Below the pieces are notes generated by a model, which saw nothing but the letters and a program-made list of their open reading frames with translations, did no database searches and had not been told where the DNA came from. From Gammaproteobacteria bacterium (lineage in GTDB: Bacteria > Pseudomonadota > Gammaproteobacteria > JAJDYQ01): 64,000 nucleotides of DNA. Location: the NCBI GenBank assembly GCA_028289815.1, contig JAPYNQ010000078.1:49471-113470 (forward strand), in the 5' to 3' direction. Below, one piece after another: positions 1-8,963 of the stretch; positions within the stretch are counted from its first letter, which is position 1; the number at the start of each line of letters is the position of its first letter. Position numbers and translations under genes: made by a program.

Positions 1-715
1 TGGCATCATCGATCTCAATGCCTGCCGTCTTCATTCGTGTCGCGAGCTTAATTGCCACTTCCTTTACGTGCTCATTGAATTCCAAGTAAATGATGCCACT
101 GACATCGCTCGGTATTTCGAGTGCCCCCTTCTTGAGGATCACCATGCGTTCCCGTCCAAGAGATGCCAGCACCATGCCAAGTTCCAGGATGACGTTTTGA
201 CGGGCGCGCGGTTGTCGATCTTCAGCCTTTTTGTCCTTGGGATAACCAAAGTCATCGGGAGTGAGAAGAACAATACCGAAGGCGGCTTCTTCGTAGATTT
301 GCTGTTCGAGTGCCTCAATGAGAGTTTTCGATTCTCCGTCGTTGTTTTGAAGGATATACGGGTCCAGTGCAAGCCGCCGCAGGATGAGTTCAAGCTGTTC
401 AAGTGCTGTCGGGTCGTGGCCGTGGACTACAAATATCTTTGTTTTTTTGTCTTTCGGCGCAGCGGTACTCGGCAGGCTGGGTTCCGTGCCTCCGGATGTA
501 AAGATTGCTTCAAGCTCAGTTTTCGCTTTTTCTTTCCCCTGGCATTGGATCGTGCCTGTGCGGGGCCAGTAGTTGAGTGTGCCTTTTTGTTGAGACTTGA
601 AGGTGTACTTATTAGGGTGCTTGCCCTTATTGTCTTCGATCCAGTTTCCTATGATGCCACTGGCATCAATAAGACGGCGGAGTTCGTCAATCCCTTTGTG
701 ATATTTAATTTTCAT
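1..715 (-). CDS. TIR-like domain protein (COG4271 / PF10137 'CAP12-PycTIR'-type), N-terminal part only; gene runs off the left window edge
   Basis: Reverse-strand translation from ATG at 713-715 gives MKIKYHKGIDELRRLIDASG...KIFVVHGHDPTALEQLELILRRLALDPYIL...AAFGIVLLTPDDFGY...RARQNVILELGMVLASLGRERMVILKK...IPSDVSGIIYLEF. The F-V-H-G-hD / LLTPDD / ARQNV-ELG-LGR motif set is the signature of the bacterial TIR-like nucleotide-binding fold. There is no stop before position 1. The listed + ORF 68..739 is its opposite-strand shadow. Confidence 0.6.
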   Translation of the reverse strand, partial: MKIKYHKGIDELRRLIDASGIIGNWIEDNKGKHPNKYTFKSQQKGTLNYWPRTGTIQCQGKEKAKTELEAIFTSGGTEPSLPSTAAPKDKKTKIFVVHGHDPTALEQLELILRRLALDPYILQNNDGESKTLIEALEQQIYEEAAFGIVLLTPDDFGYPKDKKAEDRQPRARQNVILELGMVLASLGRERMVILKKGALEIPSDVSGIIYLEFNEHVKEVAIKLATRMKTAGIEIDDA

Positions 716-1244
716 TTAGTTCTCCTGTTTTTCCTGTGACGGCGGCGGTGATAAGTGCCGATCTGTATTCTTCCAGCTGTGTAATGCTGTCTTTAACTTT
801 TTCAACGGTCTGGTCAATTTGAGCAGTTTTCTCATCCAAAAACCGTGCAATCTGCTTTTGGATTTTGAGTGGAGGAATAGGTGCCCTCCAATCTTTGATG
901 AAGCTCTCATCAATACGCTTTTGTCCCCCAGATCCATACATTTCCGACTCTCCAAGCTTTCGGAAGTCATCTGCGAGCGAGATATAGAAGAGAAAATGCC
1001 CGTACATACTTGGCCCTGGACGGAGAATATGAAGTTCAGTTGTCCCAAACCCCACTCCACTTGTAAGCCCTTTGGCAAGAGCTCCTTTTCCATTTTCGAA
1101 GCAAGGTGTAATCTTCGCAACACAAACGTCGCCGTCAGCAAAATAAGTGTAGCTGTCGTAGACATCTCCTAGCTCTCGCACATCGTCAAGATTTAGGCCT
1201 CCATATTCACTAACGGCTTCCATGGGAATAAACATTAATTTCAT
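705..1244 (-). CDS. hsdS: Type I restriction-modification specificity subunit HsdS, half-size form (single target-recognition domain plus conserved C-terminal helix)
   Basis: 179 aa. It contains the TRD motif ITPCFENGKGA and the conserved HsdS repeat LPPLKIQKQIARFLDEKTAQIDQTVEKVKDSITQLEEYRSALITAAVTGK. The ATG at 1242-1244 is preceded by an in-frame stop 3 codons upstream. The stop overlaps the start of the TIR-like gene by 11 nt. Confidence 0.65.
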   Translation of the reverse strand: MKLMFIPMEAVSEYGGLNLDDVRELGDVYDSYTYFADGDVCVAKITPCFENGKGALAKGLTSGVGFGTTELHILRPGPSMYGHFLFYISLADDFRKLGESEMYGSGGQKRIDESFIKDWRAPIPPLKIQKQIARFLDEKTAQIDQTVEKVKDSITQLEEYRSALITAAVTGKTGELNEN

Positions 1245-1489
1245 TGACAGCTCTGGCTACAGTGGTCGGTGTACTCATAGAGGTTCCATTGATGCTTATG
1301 CTGGTAGCAATTTGCAAGCGCACATGTCATATTTTTGATGAATGTCACTTGGGTTATCCTCAATGTAAAACTTCTGTATTGGCTGATGAGGTATAGAATA
1401 AAAATCTGATAATCACTTGTATTTTGATGGCAAAAGCTATTGCCTGCAGTGTATATGAGGGTTTTCGGTATAGTTTTTCTGGCTACTTG

Positions 1490-3163
1490 CTAAATCCAGA
1501 TTCCCACAATAGTAAACAGGACGAGTAATACCAGCAGCCTTTCTATCAGATTCCCGGTCAGCCATGCACCGATATTTCGAGTATTTATCGGTATCCAGCT
1601 CAGAATGGTAAATGGTAGGCATGTGATTTCATAGGCGCGTGCTGCGATGTTGCGCACATTGTCGGCAATTTTTGGTACTGCCTTGCGGTAAAGCCATTCG
1701 GAATCCAGATTCACCGAATGTAGCTCCGCCGGCGCATAGCGTCTTTTTTCCATCCAGATAAATGCGAGTGCGGCAAAGCATAGGAGCTGTAGTTGTGCGA
1801 CGACATGCGTGGTGTCGTAGGGCCAGTAATTGACTTCCCACGGCAGCAGTGCATAGAGGTATTGCGGAAAGATGCCAATCAGGATACACAGTACGGCGGC
1901 AATCAACATCGCAACAAGCATGTTCGCCGGTGCTTCCCGGGTGCGTATGCCGGAGTCATGGGAAAAGAAGGCAAAGTATGGTACCTTGATGCCGGCGTGG
2001 TGGAGTACGCCTGCAGAGGCGAACAGTAACGCCAGCCAAACATATTGATGCCCTTCTTCAAGCAATGCTGTCATCACAAAAGATTTGCTGACGAAACCGC
2101 TGAACAGCGGCAGTGCCGAGATCGAGGCTGCGCCGATAATACACAGCACGGCGGTTTTTGGCATGGTTTTGTACAATCCTCCCAAGTCGGAGGCATAGAC
2201 ATGACCGACCCGGTACAGGACAACGCCCATCGACATGAACAGCAGTGATTTATACAGGATATGTGAGAAGGCATGTGCAACCGCTCCGTTCAGTGCCAGT
2301 GCCGTACCGAGGCCAATACCGGTGACCATAAAGCCAAGCTGGTTAATCAGGCTGTAGCTCAATACCCGTCGTAAGTCATTCTCAATCACGGCATAGAAAA
2401 TTGGGAAACAGGTCATAACCGCGCCGATATAAATCAGAACATCCGTGCCGGGAAACCCTCGCGCCAGCGTATAGACGGCAACCTTGGTGGTGAATACGGA
2501 TAAAATGGCGGCGCCTGTCGGCGTGGATTCCGGATAGGCATCGGTCAGCCAGTTATGCAGAAACGGAAAGGCACATTTGATGCCGAATGCCAGCAGGATT
2601 AGCCAGCCCCCTGTGCTTTCGATACCGATAAAGTTGAATTCCAGTGAACCCGTGTCACGGTAGTGAATCAGTGTGCCGGTCAGTAGCAATACGCCGGAAC
2701 AGACCTGAAAGACCAGATAGCGCATGCCCGCTCGGGTGGCGCGAACACTGCGTCTGGCCCAGATCAGGAAAACAGAACTGATGACCAGCAATTCCCAGAA
2801 AATGAACAGCGTTATCAGGTCGCCGGCGAATACTGCTCCCAGCGCACTGCCTGCGTAAATCAGGCCGGCAACATGCTGCATGGTATCTTTCAGGTGTAGC
2901 GTGTAAATCACCAGCACAAGGGCGACGATGTGAAATATGTAACCGAATACCAGACTCAGCCGGTCGCTACGCATCAGGGTGAGATCGAATTCAAGCAGTG
3001 ATATGTTGAGCAAAACCCCGGTGGGTGCATCCAGCCACAGGTGCAGGCCACCGAGCAGCGGTGCCAACAGCATCAGGGTGCTGCGTAGATGACCGCGGGT
3101 TACCAGCGCCAGCAGTGCGGCCAGCAAGAAGGGAATAAACGGTGGCAGTTCACTCATCCACAT
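1490..3163 (-). CDS. Mrp-type antiporter, NuoL/M/N-like proton-pumping subunit (MrpD/MnhD family), copy 3
   Basis: 557 aa polytopic protein carrying the NADH dehydrogenase subunit L/M/N-like antiporter core (e.g. LSYSLINQLGFMVTGIGLGT, HAFSHILYKSLLFMSMG). Confidence 0.8.
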   Translation of the reverse strand: MWMSELPPFIPFLLAALLALVTRGHLRSTLMLLAPLLGGLHLWLDAPTGVLLNISLLEFDLTLMRSDRLSLVFGYIFHIVALVLVIYTLHLKDTMQHVAGLIYAGSALGAVFAGDLITLFIFWELLVISSVFLIWARRSVRATRAGMRYLVFQVCSGVLLLTGTLIHYRDTGSLEFNFIGIESTGGWLILLAFGIKCAFPFLHNWLTDAYPESTPTGAAILSVFTTKVAVYTLARGFPGTDVLIYIGAVMTCFPIFYAVIENDLRRVLSYSLINQLGFMVTGIGLGTALALNGAVAHAFSHILYKSLLFMSMGVVLYRVGHVYASDLGGLYKTMPKTAVLCIIGAASISALPLFSGFVSKSFVMTALLEEGHQYVWLALLFASAGVLHHAGIKVPYFAFFSHDSGIRTREAPANMLVAMLIAAVLCILIGIFPQYLYALLPWEVNYWPYDTTHVVAQLQLLCFAALAFIWMEKRRYAPAELHSVNLDSEWLYRKAVPKIADNVRNIAARAYEITCLPFTILSWIPINTRNIGAWLTGNLIERLLVLLVLFTIVGIWI

Positions 3164-3416
3164 CGTAATAGTCTTCCTTTCTCATCAGCAGCCTGCGCAG
3201 AAGATGTGAAACCACTACCAGTACGACAAAAGCCACAAAGCCATATAGGGCGTAAAAGCCCGGCAGCTTTTCCCAGTTTGTGTAAATATGCCGGTGGATA
3301 ACAAAGTCCACCATGAACAACAGGCCGCATAACGCATAAAAAACCTTGAGCAGTTTTTCCACGTTTACCGGTTTATCGAAAAAATACTTTTTTTCAGTCG
3401 TCGGATTTTTATCCAT
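3150..3416 (-). CDS. Small membrane protein embedded in the Mrp cluster (hypothetical)
   Basis: 88 aa with two predicted TM helices. It sits between two MrpD-like genes, and its start overlaps the downstream gene start region. No family recognised. Confidence 0.4.
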   Translation of the reverse strand: MDKNPTTEKKYFFDKPVNVEKLLKVFYALCGLLFMVDFVIHRHIYTNWEKLPGFYALYGFVAFVVLVVVSHLLRRLLMRKEDYYDVDE

Positions 3417-3424
3417 AGTGTCCT

Positions 3425-4882
3425 CTATCGGGTCGCTTGCTGGGCGAGAGAGTAAAAAGGTTCGGGATTAAAAAACAGATAGATACAGGCCAGTGACGGT
3501 ATCAGCATTCCGATCAGGCAGGTAGTCGGTGCCTCTCTGATCCGCTTGTCGGCTGCGCCGTTTGGGCCGGGAAAAAATGCTCTGGCAGGAATCGCCAGCA
3601 GGTAAATAATATTTAATAATGAACTTATCATCAATACCGCCAGCATGGCCCATTGACCGGCATCCACCGCGCCCAGCGCCAGATACCACTTGCTCCACAT
3701 CCCACCAAAGGGCGGTAAGCCGATAATGCTGGCCGATCCGATTGCAAAGAATATAAATGTCAGTGGCATCTGCCGCCCCAATCCGTTTAATTCAGAAACC
3801 TGTGTCTTATGTGCAGCGACCAGAATCGCGCCGGCGGCAAAAAACAGTGTGATCTTGGCAAACGCATGCATGGCGATATGCAGAGAACCACCCAGCAATC
3901 CCATCTGATTAGCGAGTACGGCTCCTGCAACGATGTAACTCAGCTGGCCGATGGTGGAATAGGCCAGACGTTCTTTCAGGTTATCGCGAGTCATGGCGAT
4001 TAGTGATGCCAGTAAAACAGTCATAGTCGGTAACCAGATAATCCATATACCGGCACCGGTTGACATAATAAAGTCCGGGCCAAAGATATAGATGGTGATT
4101 TTCAGGATACTAAAGACACCTGCCTTGACAACAGCCACGGCATGCAGCAGGGCGCTGACCGGTGTTGGTGCCACCATCGCCGCGGGCAACCATTTATGCA
4201 GTGGCATAATCGCTGCCTTGCCAATACCAAGAATAAACAACAGGTATAAAGGCATGGCCCATGTCGGGGAAATCCGGCCTGCCATAATGCCTTTTGCAGT
4301 AAAGTCCAGCGTACCGGTCTGCGACCAGATAATGATCATCGCCGGTAACATCAAGGCAATGGATGTTCCCATGAGGATGCCTAGGTAGACCCGTCCGCTG
4401 CGACGTGCCTTGATATTTCCCGAATGTACGACAAGCGGATAGGTCGATAAGGTCAGAAGCTCGTAGAACACAAATAGTGTCAGCAGGTTGCCGGCAAAGA
4501 TAATGCCCATAGTGGCTGCAATGGCAATCGCAAAGGTAGTGAAAAAACGGGTCTGATTTTTTTCATTATGGCCACGCATATAGCCAATGGCATAAATACT
4601 TGTCACCAACCACAGTAAGCTGGCAACCACGGCAAACAACATACCCAGTGGTTCAACGGAAAAGACGATAGTCAGACCGGGTATCGGTTCAGCCAGGACC
4701 AGCTCTTCGCTCTCACCGAACTGAAAGCATCGGTAGATCCGGTAAACCACGCCTATCAGAATAGTGGCGGTAATCAGTGTGATCGCTTCCCGTACATTGG
4801 GCCAGTGTCCTGAGCGGCTGATGATAACGGCGCCGATGAGCGGTATCAGCATGGCCCACATAACATAGTCTGCGATGCTCAT
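3425..4882 (-). CDS. Mrp-type antiporter, NuoL/M/N-like subunit (MrpD/MnhD family), copy 2
   Basis: Antiporter-like core motifs (LAYSTIGQLSYIVAGAVLAN, HAFAKITLFFAAGAI). The likely start is MSIADYVMW at 4882, which overlaps the stop of the upstream gene in an ATGA arrangement. Confidence 0.8.
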   Translation of the reverse strand: MSIADYVMWAMLIPLIGAVIISRSGHWPNVREAITLITATILIGVVYRIYRCFQFGESEELVLAEPIPGLTIVFSVEPLGMLFAVVASLLWLVTSIYAIGYMRGHNEKNQTRFFTTFAIAIAATMGIIFAGNLLTLFVFYELLTLSTYPLVVHSGNIKARRSGRVYLGILMGTSIALMLPAMIIIWSQTGTLDFTAKGIMAGRISPTWAMPLYLLFILGIGKAAIMPLHKWLPAAMVAPTPVSALLHAVAVVKAGVFSILKITIYIFGPDFIMSTGAGIWIIWLPTMTVLLASLIAMTRDNLKERLAYSTIGQLSYIVAGAVLANQMGLLGGSLHIAMHAFAKITLFFAAGAILVAAHKTQVSELNGLGRQMPLTFIFFAIGSASIIGLPPFGGMWSKWYLALGAVDAGQWAMLAVLMISSLLNIIYLLAIPARAFFPGPNGAADKRIREAPTTCLIGMLIPSLACIYLFFNPEPFYSLAQQATR

Positions 4883-6369
4883 GGTGTTGCCAGCCCCAGG
4901 CTGTTTACGGCCGCTTTGGCGGCACCAACAGACATTCCAGTATCCAACCCCAGATAAATGCAGGCAGTCGCCAGTATCCATATCGGCACAATTAAAGCCG
5001 GGTTGCGTTCAATATGATCGGTACCATACGGCGCAGCCGGCATGGTTGTCGGTTGAAAATAAAGTGTTTCGACCAGTTTCCAGACATATATGATCGCCAT
5101 TATTGAGCCCAGTACGACAACGCCAACAATCCACCAGGCCTGTTGTTCGACTGCTGCCAGTACCAGATACCACTTGCTGATAAATCCGACAGTTCCGGGT
5201 ACGCCGATCAGACTTAGTCCGGCAATTACGACGGCTGTGAATGTCAGTGGCATATGCCGGCCCACGCCGCTCAGCGCAGCAATGCGCAGACTACCGGTCT
5301 GATATAAAAAAATACCTGCCGCCATAAACAGTGCTGACTTGATTAGTGCGTGATTGAACATGTGAATCATGGTTGCCATCAGCCCGGTTGCTGACAACAG
5401 GCCGATACCCATCATGAAATAACCGACCTGCGACAGGCTGGACCAAGCCAGCAACGGCTTAACGGCAGTCTGACGGATTGCCTGGGTTGCGCCGTGGATG
5501 ACGGCGATGGCACCGAATACGATGAGCAGCTCATTCAGTAGTGTTTTCAGGGAGTACTCCGGGGTGAACACGGTAAATACTGAGCGGGCTATGACATACA
5601 CTGCCACCTTGGTTGCCGTACCGGCAAGAAAGGTCGATACTATGATCGGGGCGTAAGTGTAGGCACGAGGCAACCACTGATGCAGAGGAAACATCGCGGC
5701 TTTCAGCGCCATGCCGACAAAGATAAAGCCAAATGCGGTATGGATGGTTTTCGTGTGTTCCGAGCCGGATAGCCGAATGGCTAGGTCTGCCATATTCAGG
5801 CTGCCGGTTGCGGCATAGGCTAGGCCGATACCAATCAGAAAGAAGATCGCACCGATGGTACCCAGTATCAGGTACTGAAATGAGGCGATCAGTGCCCGGT
5901 GGTTATGTCCCATGCTGATCAGCGCATAAGTGGATAGCGAGGATATTTCCAGAAATACAAACACATTGAATATGTCGCCGGTCAGGCACATACCAAGCAG
6001 ACCCAGAAAACACAATAGATAGGCTGCATAGAAAAGTGCCTGCTTATTTTCGGGAATATCTGCGGCAACGCTATATCGACCATAAATGGTGACCAGCGTG
6101 CCAATCATGCAGATGATAACGGCCATCAGTGCGTTAAGGCCGTCAATTGTATAGGCAATCCCCCATGGTGGCGCCCAGCCACCGAGTTCATAATGAATCA
6201 ACTCGCCGTCAATGACATCGCCTAGGATACTCAGTGATATGGGCAGGCATAGGGTCATGACTGCCATAACCAATGTCCAAGATGAGCGCCCGTTAGGTAA
6301 TAGTGCCGCTACCGGCGCTGCCAGTAACGGTAACGCTACCAGCAGAATGCCAAAATGCTGGCTTACCAT
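4879..6369 (-). CDS. mrpD: Mrp-type antiporter, NuoL/M/N-like subunit (MrpD/MnhD family), copy 1
   Basis: 496 aa with MrpD/NuoN-like motifs (LAWSSLSQVGYFMMGIGL, HMFNHALIKSALFMAAG). Confidence 0.8.
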   Translation of the reverse strand: MVSQHFGILLVALPLLAAPVAALLPNGRSSWTLVMAVMTLCLPISLSILGDVIDGELIHYELGGWAPPWGIAYTIDGLNALMAVIICMIGTLVTIYGRYSVAADIPENKQALFYAAYLLCFLGLLGMCLTGDIFNVFVFLEISSLSTYALISMGHNHRALIASFQYLILGTIGAIFFLIGIGLAYAATGSLNMADLAIRLSGSEHTKTIHTAFGFIFVGMALKAAMFPLHQWLPRAYTYAPIIVSTFLAGTATKVAVYVIARSVFTVFTPEYSLKTLLNELLIVFGAIAVIHGATQAIRQTAVKPLLAWSSLSQVGYFMMGIGLLSATGLMATMIHMFNHALIKSALFMAAGIFLYQTGSLRIAALSGVGRHMPLTFTAVVIAGLSLIGVPGTVGFISKWYLVLAAVEQQAWWIVGVVVLGSIMAIIYVWKLVETLYFQPTTMPAAPYGTDHIERNPALIVPIWILATACIYLGLDTGMSVGAAKAAVNSLGLATP

Positions 6370-6755
6370 TCCTCCACATTCCCGTTTTGATGTCCCTCGC
6401 GCTCCAGCAGTTCATCTTCGTCCACCGTGTTACAGGTTTCCTTGATACGCACGATTAACGCAAATGCCATAGCTGTTGTTGCAACACCTACTACAATGGC
6501 GGTTAGCATGAGAACCTGTGGCAGCGGATTGGAATAGATCGTAAAGGTCTCTGCAGCAATTGGTGCGGTGCCGTCGGTGATCACACCCATGCTGATATAC
6601 ATCAGAAACACGGCGGTTTGCAGAATATTTAGTCCGGCAACTTTTTTAATCAGGTTATTATGGCCGATAATCATATATAGGCCGACCATCGCAATCACAA
6701 TGGCGGCCCAGTAATTGTAATGGGATATCCAGTGAATACTGATGTAATTAATCAT
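6363..6755 (-). CDS. mrpC: Mrp antiporter subunit C (NuoK-like)
   Basis: 130 aa three-TM protein with the NuoK/MrpC-like segment NILQTAVFLMYISMG. It is tightly linked within the cluster. Confidence 0.75.
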   Translation of the reverse strand: MINYISIHWISHYNYWAAIVIAMVGLYMIIGHNNLIKKVAGLNILQTAVFLMYISMGVITDGTAPIAAETFTIYSNPLPQVLMLTAIVVGVATTAMAFALIVRIKETCNTVDEDELLEREGHQNGNVEEW

Positions 6756-7200
6756 CCCGTTTTCCTGTTGTTGTGTTCTGTGTTGCTAGCGGGCGACCGG
6801 CAAAGGCATCAAAGATCAGTAGCATGGTTGCGCTCACGGTAAAGCCGACGCCCAGTTCAACCAGAATAATGCCTGTATGCTGACCATGAATCGGCGTATC
6901 AGCAAGTACGCTGTAGTCCAGAAATTCGCCACCCATAAGCATAGTGACCACACCTGTGCCGGCGTAAAGCAATACGCCCAGACTGGCAAGCAGCTTTAAA
7001 ATCGGTCGAGGGATTACCTCATTGCCGGCTTGCAGGCCGAAGATCAGGCGATACAGAATCAGTGCACTGCTGAAAATCACACCTGCCTGGAATCCGCCTC
7101 CCGGGCTGTAATCGCCATGAAATTGTACATAGAGCGCAAACAGGATAACCAAAGGAATCAGCAGTTTGGCTACAATGCGCAAGATGATATTGTCTTTCAT
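6748..7200 (-). CDS. mrpB: Mrp antiporter subunit B (MnhB domain)
   Basis: 150 aa membrane protein with MnhB-like motifs (HGDYSPGGGFQAGVIFSSALIL). Confidence 0.7.
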   Translation of the reverse strand: MKDNIILRIVAKLLIPLVILFALYVQFHGDYSPGGGFQAGVIFSSALILYRLIFGLQAGNEVIPRPILKLLASLGVLLYAGTGVVTMLMGGEFLDYSVLADTPIHGQHTGIILVELGVGFTVSATMLLIFDAFAGRPLATQNTTTGKRDD

Positions 7201-7209
7201 CAGATATCC

Positions 7210-7761
7210 TTATCCCCGGTACCGGCGGGTTCCGTTACCAAGCAGTAACATCACGCCGATGCCCGCCGTAAAGATCACGACCACTTCCCCCAAGGTATCG
7301 AAACCACGATAACTGGCCAGTACTGCGGTTACCATATTGGGTACGCCGGTCTCGTTGCGGGCTTCCGCAATATAGCGATCAGCGACATGCTGTTGCGCCG
7401 GTGCCTCAATATCGCCTACCGGGGGAATATCATGTATGCCATAAAGCAAAGCGGCACCGGTCAGCAGCACGATGATCAGCGGTCTCCATTGCAATCCGGC
7501 GGCCTTTTTCTCATACCGAATGCGGGTCAGTGTCAATGTTACCAACATCAGTATGGTTGCTACCCCGGAACCGACTGCCGCTTCGGTAAAGGCTACATCC
7601 GGAGCGTCCATGACCATGAACAGACCAGCCATCAGCAGGCTGTACAGCCCCAGTATCATCGCCATGGATAGCAGGTCGCGCAGCCGCAGAATGGTGAATG
7701 CCATAACAGTCAGGAACAGTAGCAGCACCATGTCAATGATAATATCAATCACCGGTATCAT
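7210..7761 (-). CDS. MrpA C-terminal-domain-like / second MnhB-family subunit (DUF4040 plus MnhB-like)
   Basis: 183 aa. The C-terminal segment VTAVLASYRGFDTLGEVVVIFTAGIGVMLLL is typical of the MnhB domain. It lies between mrpG and mrpB, as in Mbh-type gene orders. Confidence 0.6.
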   Translation of the reverse strand: MIPVIDIIIDMVLLLFLTVMAFTILRLRDLLSMAMILGLYSLLMAGLFMVMDAPDVAFTEAAVGSGVATILMLVTLTLTRIRYEKKAAGLQWRPLIIVLLTGAALLYGIHDIPPVGDIEAPAQQHVADRYIAEARNETGVPNMVTAVLASYRGFDTLGEVVVIFTAGIGVMLLLGNGTRRYRG

Positions 7762-8071
7762 CCTCTACTAGCCGGTCTTTGCTCCAGGGTTGGATTTTCT
7801 CCTGCCAGGCAGCGTTGGCCAGTGAAAAACCGGAAGTCGGGCAGGTAAAAAACAGAAAGGCATAAATAAGAAATAATTTAACGCTTTCAAATGACCAGCC
7901 AGCCTGCAGACTCAGGCCGAGCAACACTAGTGCAGCGCATCCGGTATCGGTGATACCGACGGTGTGCAGGCGGGTATAGATATCCGGAAAACGTATCAGG
8001 CCGATTCCTCCGATGATACCCAGCGCACTACCGACAGCGATAAAAAGCCAGCTCAGAATATCAATAATCAT
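7745..8071 (-). CDS. mrpG: Mrp antiporter subunit G
   Basis: 108 aa with the MnhG/PhaG-like N-terminus (LGIIGGIGLIRFPDIYTRLH). Confidence 0.75.
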   Translation of the reverse strand: MIIDILSWLFIAVGSALGIIGGIGLIRFPDIYTRLHTVGITDTGCAALVLLGLSLQAGWSFESVKLFLIYAFLFFTCPTSGFSLANAAWQEKIQPWSKDRLVEDDTGD

Positions 8072-8370
8072 GGTGATTTCCCGTTGCTATCGGAATCATC
8101 CGCACCGGTCGAATAAAATTCCTTACGCTCCGCCATTCGCAGCGCGGCCAGTACTCCCAGCCAGTTCAGCAGAGAATAAAGCAATGCGATATCCAGAACA
8201 TCGGGGCGCCCAGAAAGGAAGGAAAACACCGCGATCAGCAATACGCTTTTGGTGCCGAACATATTGACGGCGAGAATACGGTCGAAAATGGTTGGACCGG
8301 CAATAGTGCGTGCAACTGCCAGCGCCATGCTGATTAATATCGCGATTGCAGCAACCACAAACAGGTTCAT
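8068..8370 (-). CDS. mrpF: Mrp antiporter subunit F
   Basis: 100 aa; MnhF/PhaF-like (ILAVNMFGTKSVLLIAVFSFLSG). Confidence 0.75.
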   Translation of the reverse strand: MNLFVVAAIAILISMALAVARTIAGPTIFDRILAVNMFGTKSVLLIAVFSFLSGRPDVLDIALLYSLLNWLGVLAALRMAERKEFYSTGADDSDSNGKSP

Positions 8371-8858
8371 GGTGTATCCTGCTGCGGCTTGACATTCTCA
8401 GTTTCAGGTACGATAGACGCCAGATAGCCATGTTTAAGCTGCTCCGCTCCGTCCTTGGAAAGCGCATGCACAACAATGGTTTCCTTACTAACCTCAATGC
8501 TGGCAGTGCCGGGTGTCAGGGTAATCGCGTTGGCGTACATGGCCCGGCCCAAGTCAGTTTTATGGACATTGGGAACAGTGATCACCGTTGGGCTGATCGG
8601 ACGAATACCAAGAATCCGCAGAGTAACGTCAGCATTTGCTCTGATTATTTCAATGAGCAGTAAAAACCAGAAGCGGGGCAATAAAAGAGCCAGCTTCAGC
8701 GGGGAAACCGTATAACTCGTCACGCCCATACGCAATGCTATGACCAGCGTCAGCATGACAGAGGCCAGTCCAAAGCCGATCATTAGCGGCTCAAAATGAT
8801 TGGATAGCAGCAACCACAGCATCGCCAGGGCAAGCCCCATGTTGATGGTATGTTTCAT
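8367..8858 (-). CDS. mrpE: Mrp antiporter subunit E
   Basis: MnhE-like. It is the first gene of the cluster in the transcription direction. The start is uncertain; Met at 8858 (MKHTINM...) is chosen. Confidence 0.65.
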   Translation of the reverse strand: MKHTINMGLALAMLWLLLSNHFEPLMIGFGLASVMLTLVIALRMGVTSYTVSPLKLALLLPRFWFLLLIEIIRANADVTLRILGIRPISPTVITVPNVHKTDLGRAMYANAITLTPGTASIEVSKETIVVHALSKDGAEQLKHGYLASIVPETENVKPQQDTP

Positions 8859-8963
8859 TTTGTACCCTCGCCACATCTGATACAGAATCCGGCTACTCTC
8901 TGTGCCGGGCATCATATCATCAATGCGCTGATGTGATGTGCAATGACAGTTGTCGGCAGTAGC

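Noticed and set aside
68-739. 223-aa plus-strand ORF in the supplied track
   Set aside because: It has no recognisable motifs. It is the opposite-strand shadow of the clearly protein-like TIR-like gene read on the minus strand.
716-1165. 149-aa minus-strand ORF overlapping hsdS in another frame
   Set aside because: It is an alternative-frame artefact; the HsdS frame carries the conserved motifs.
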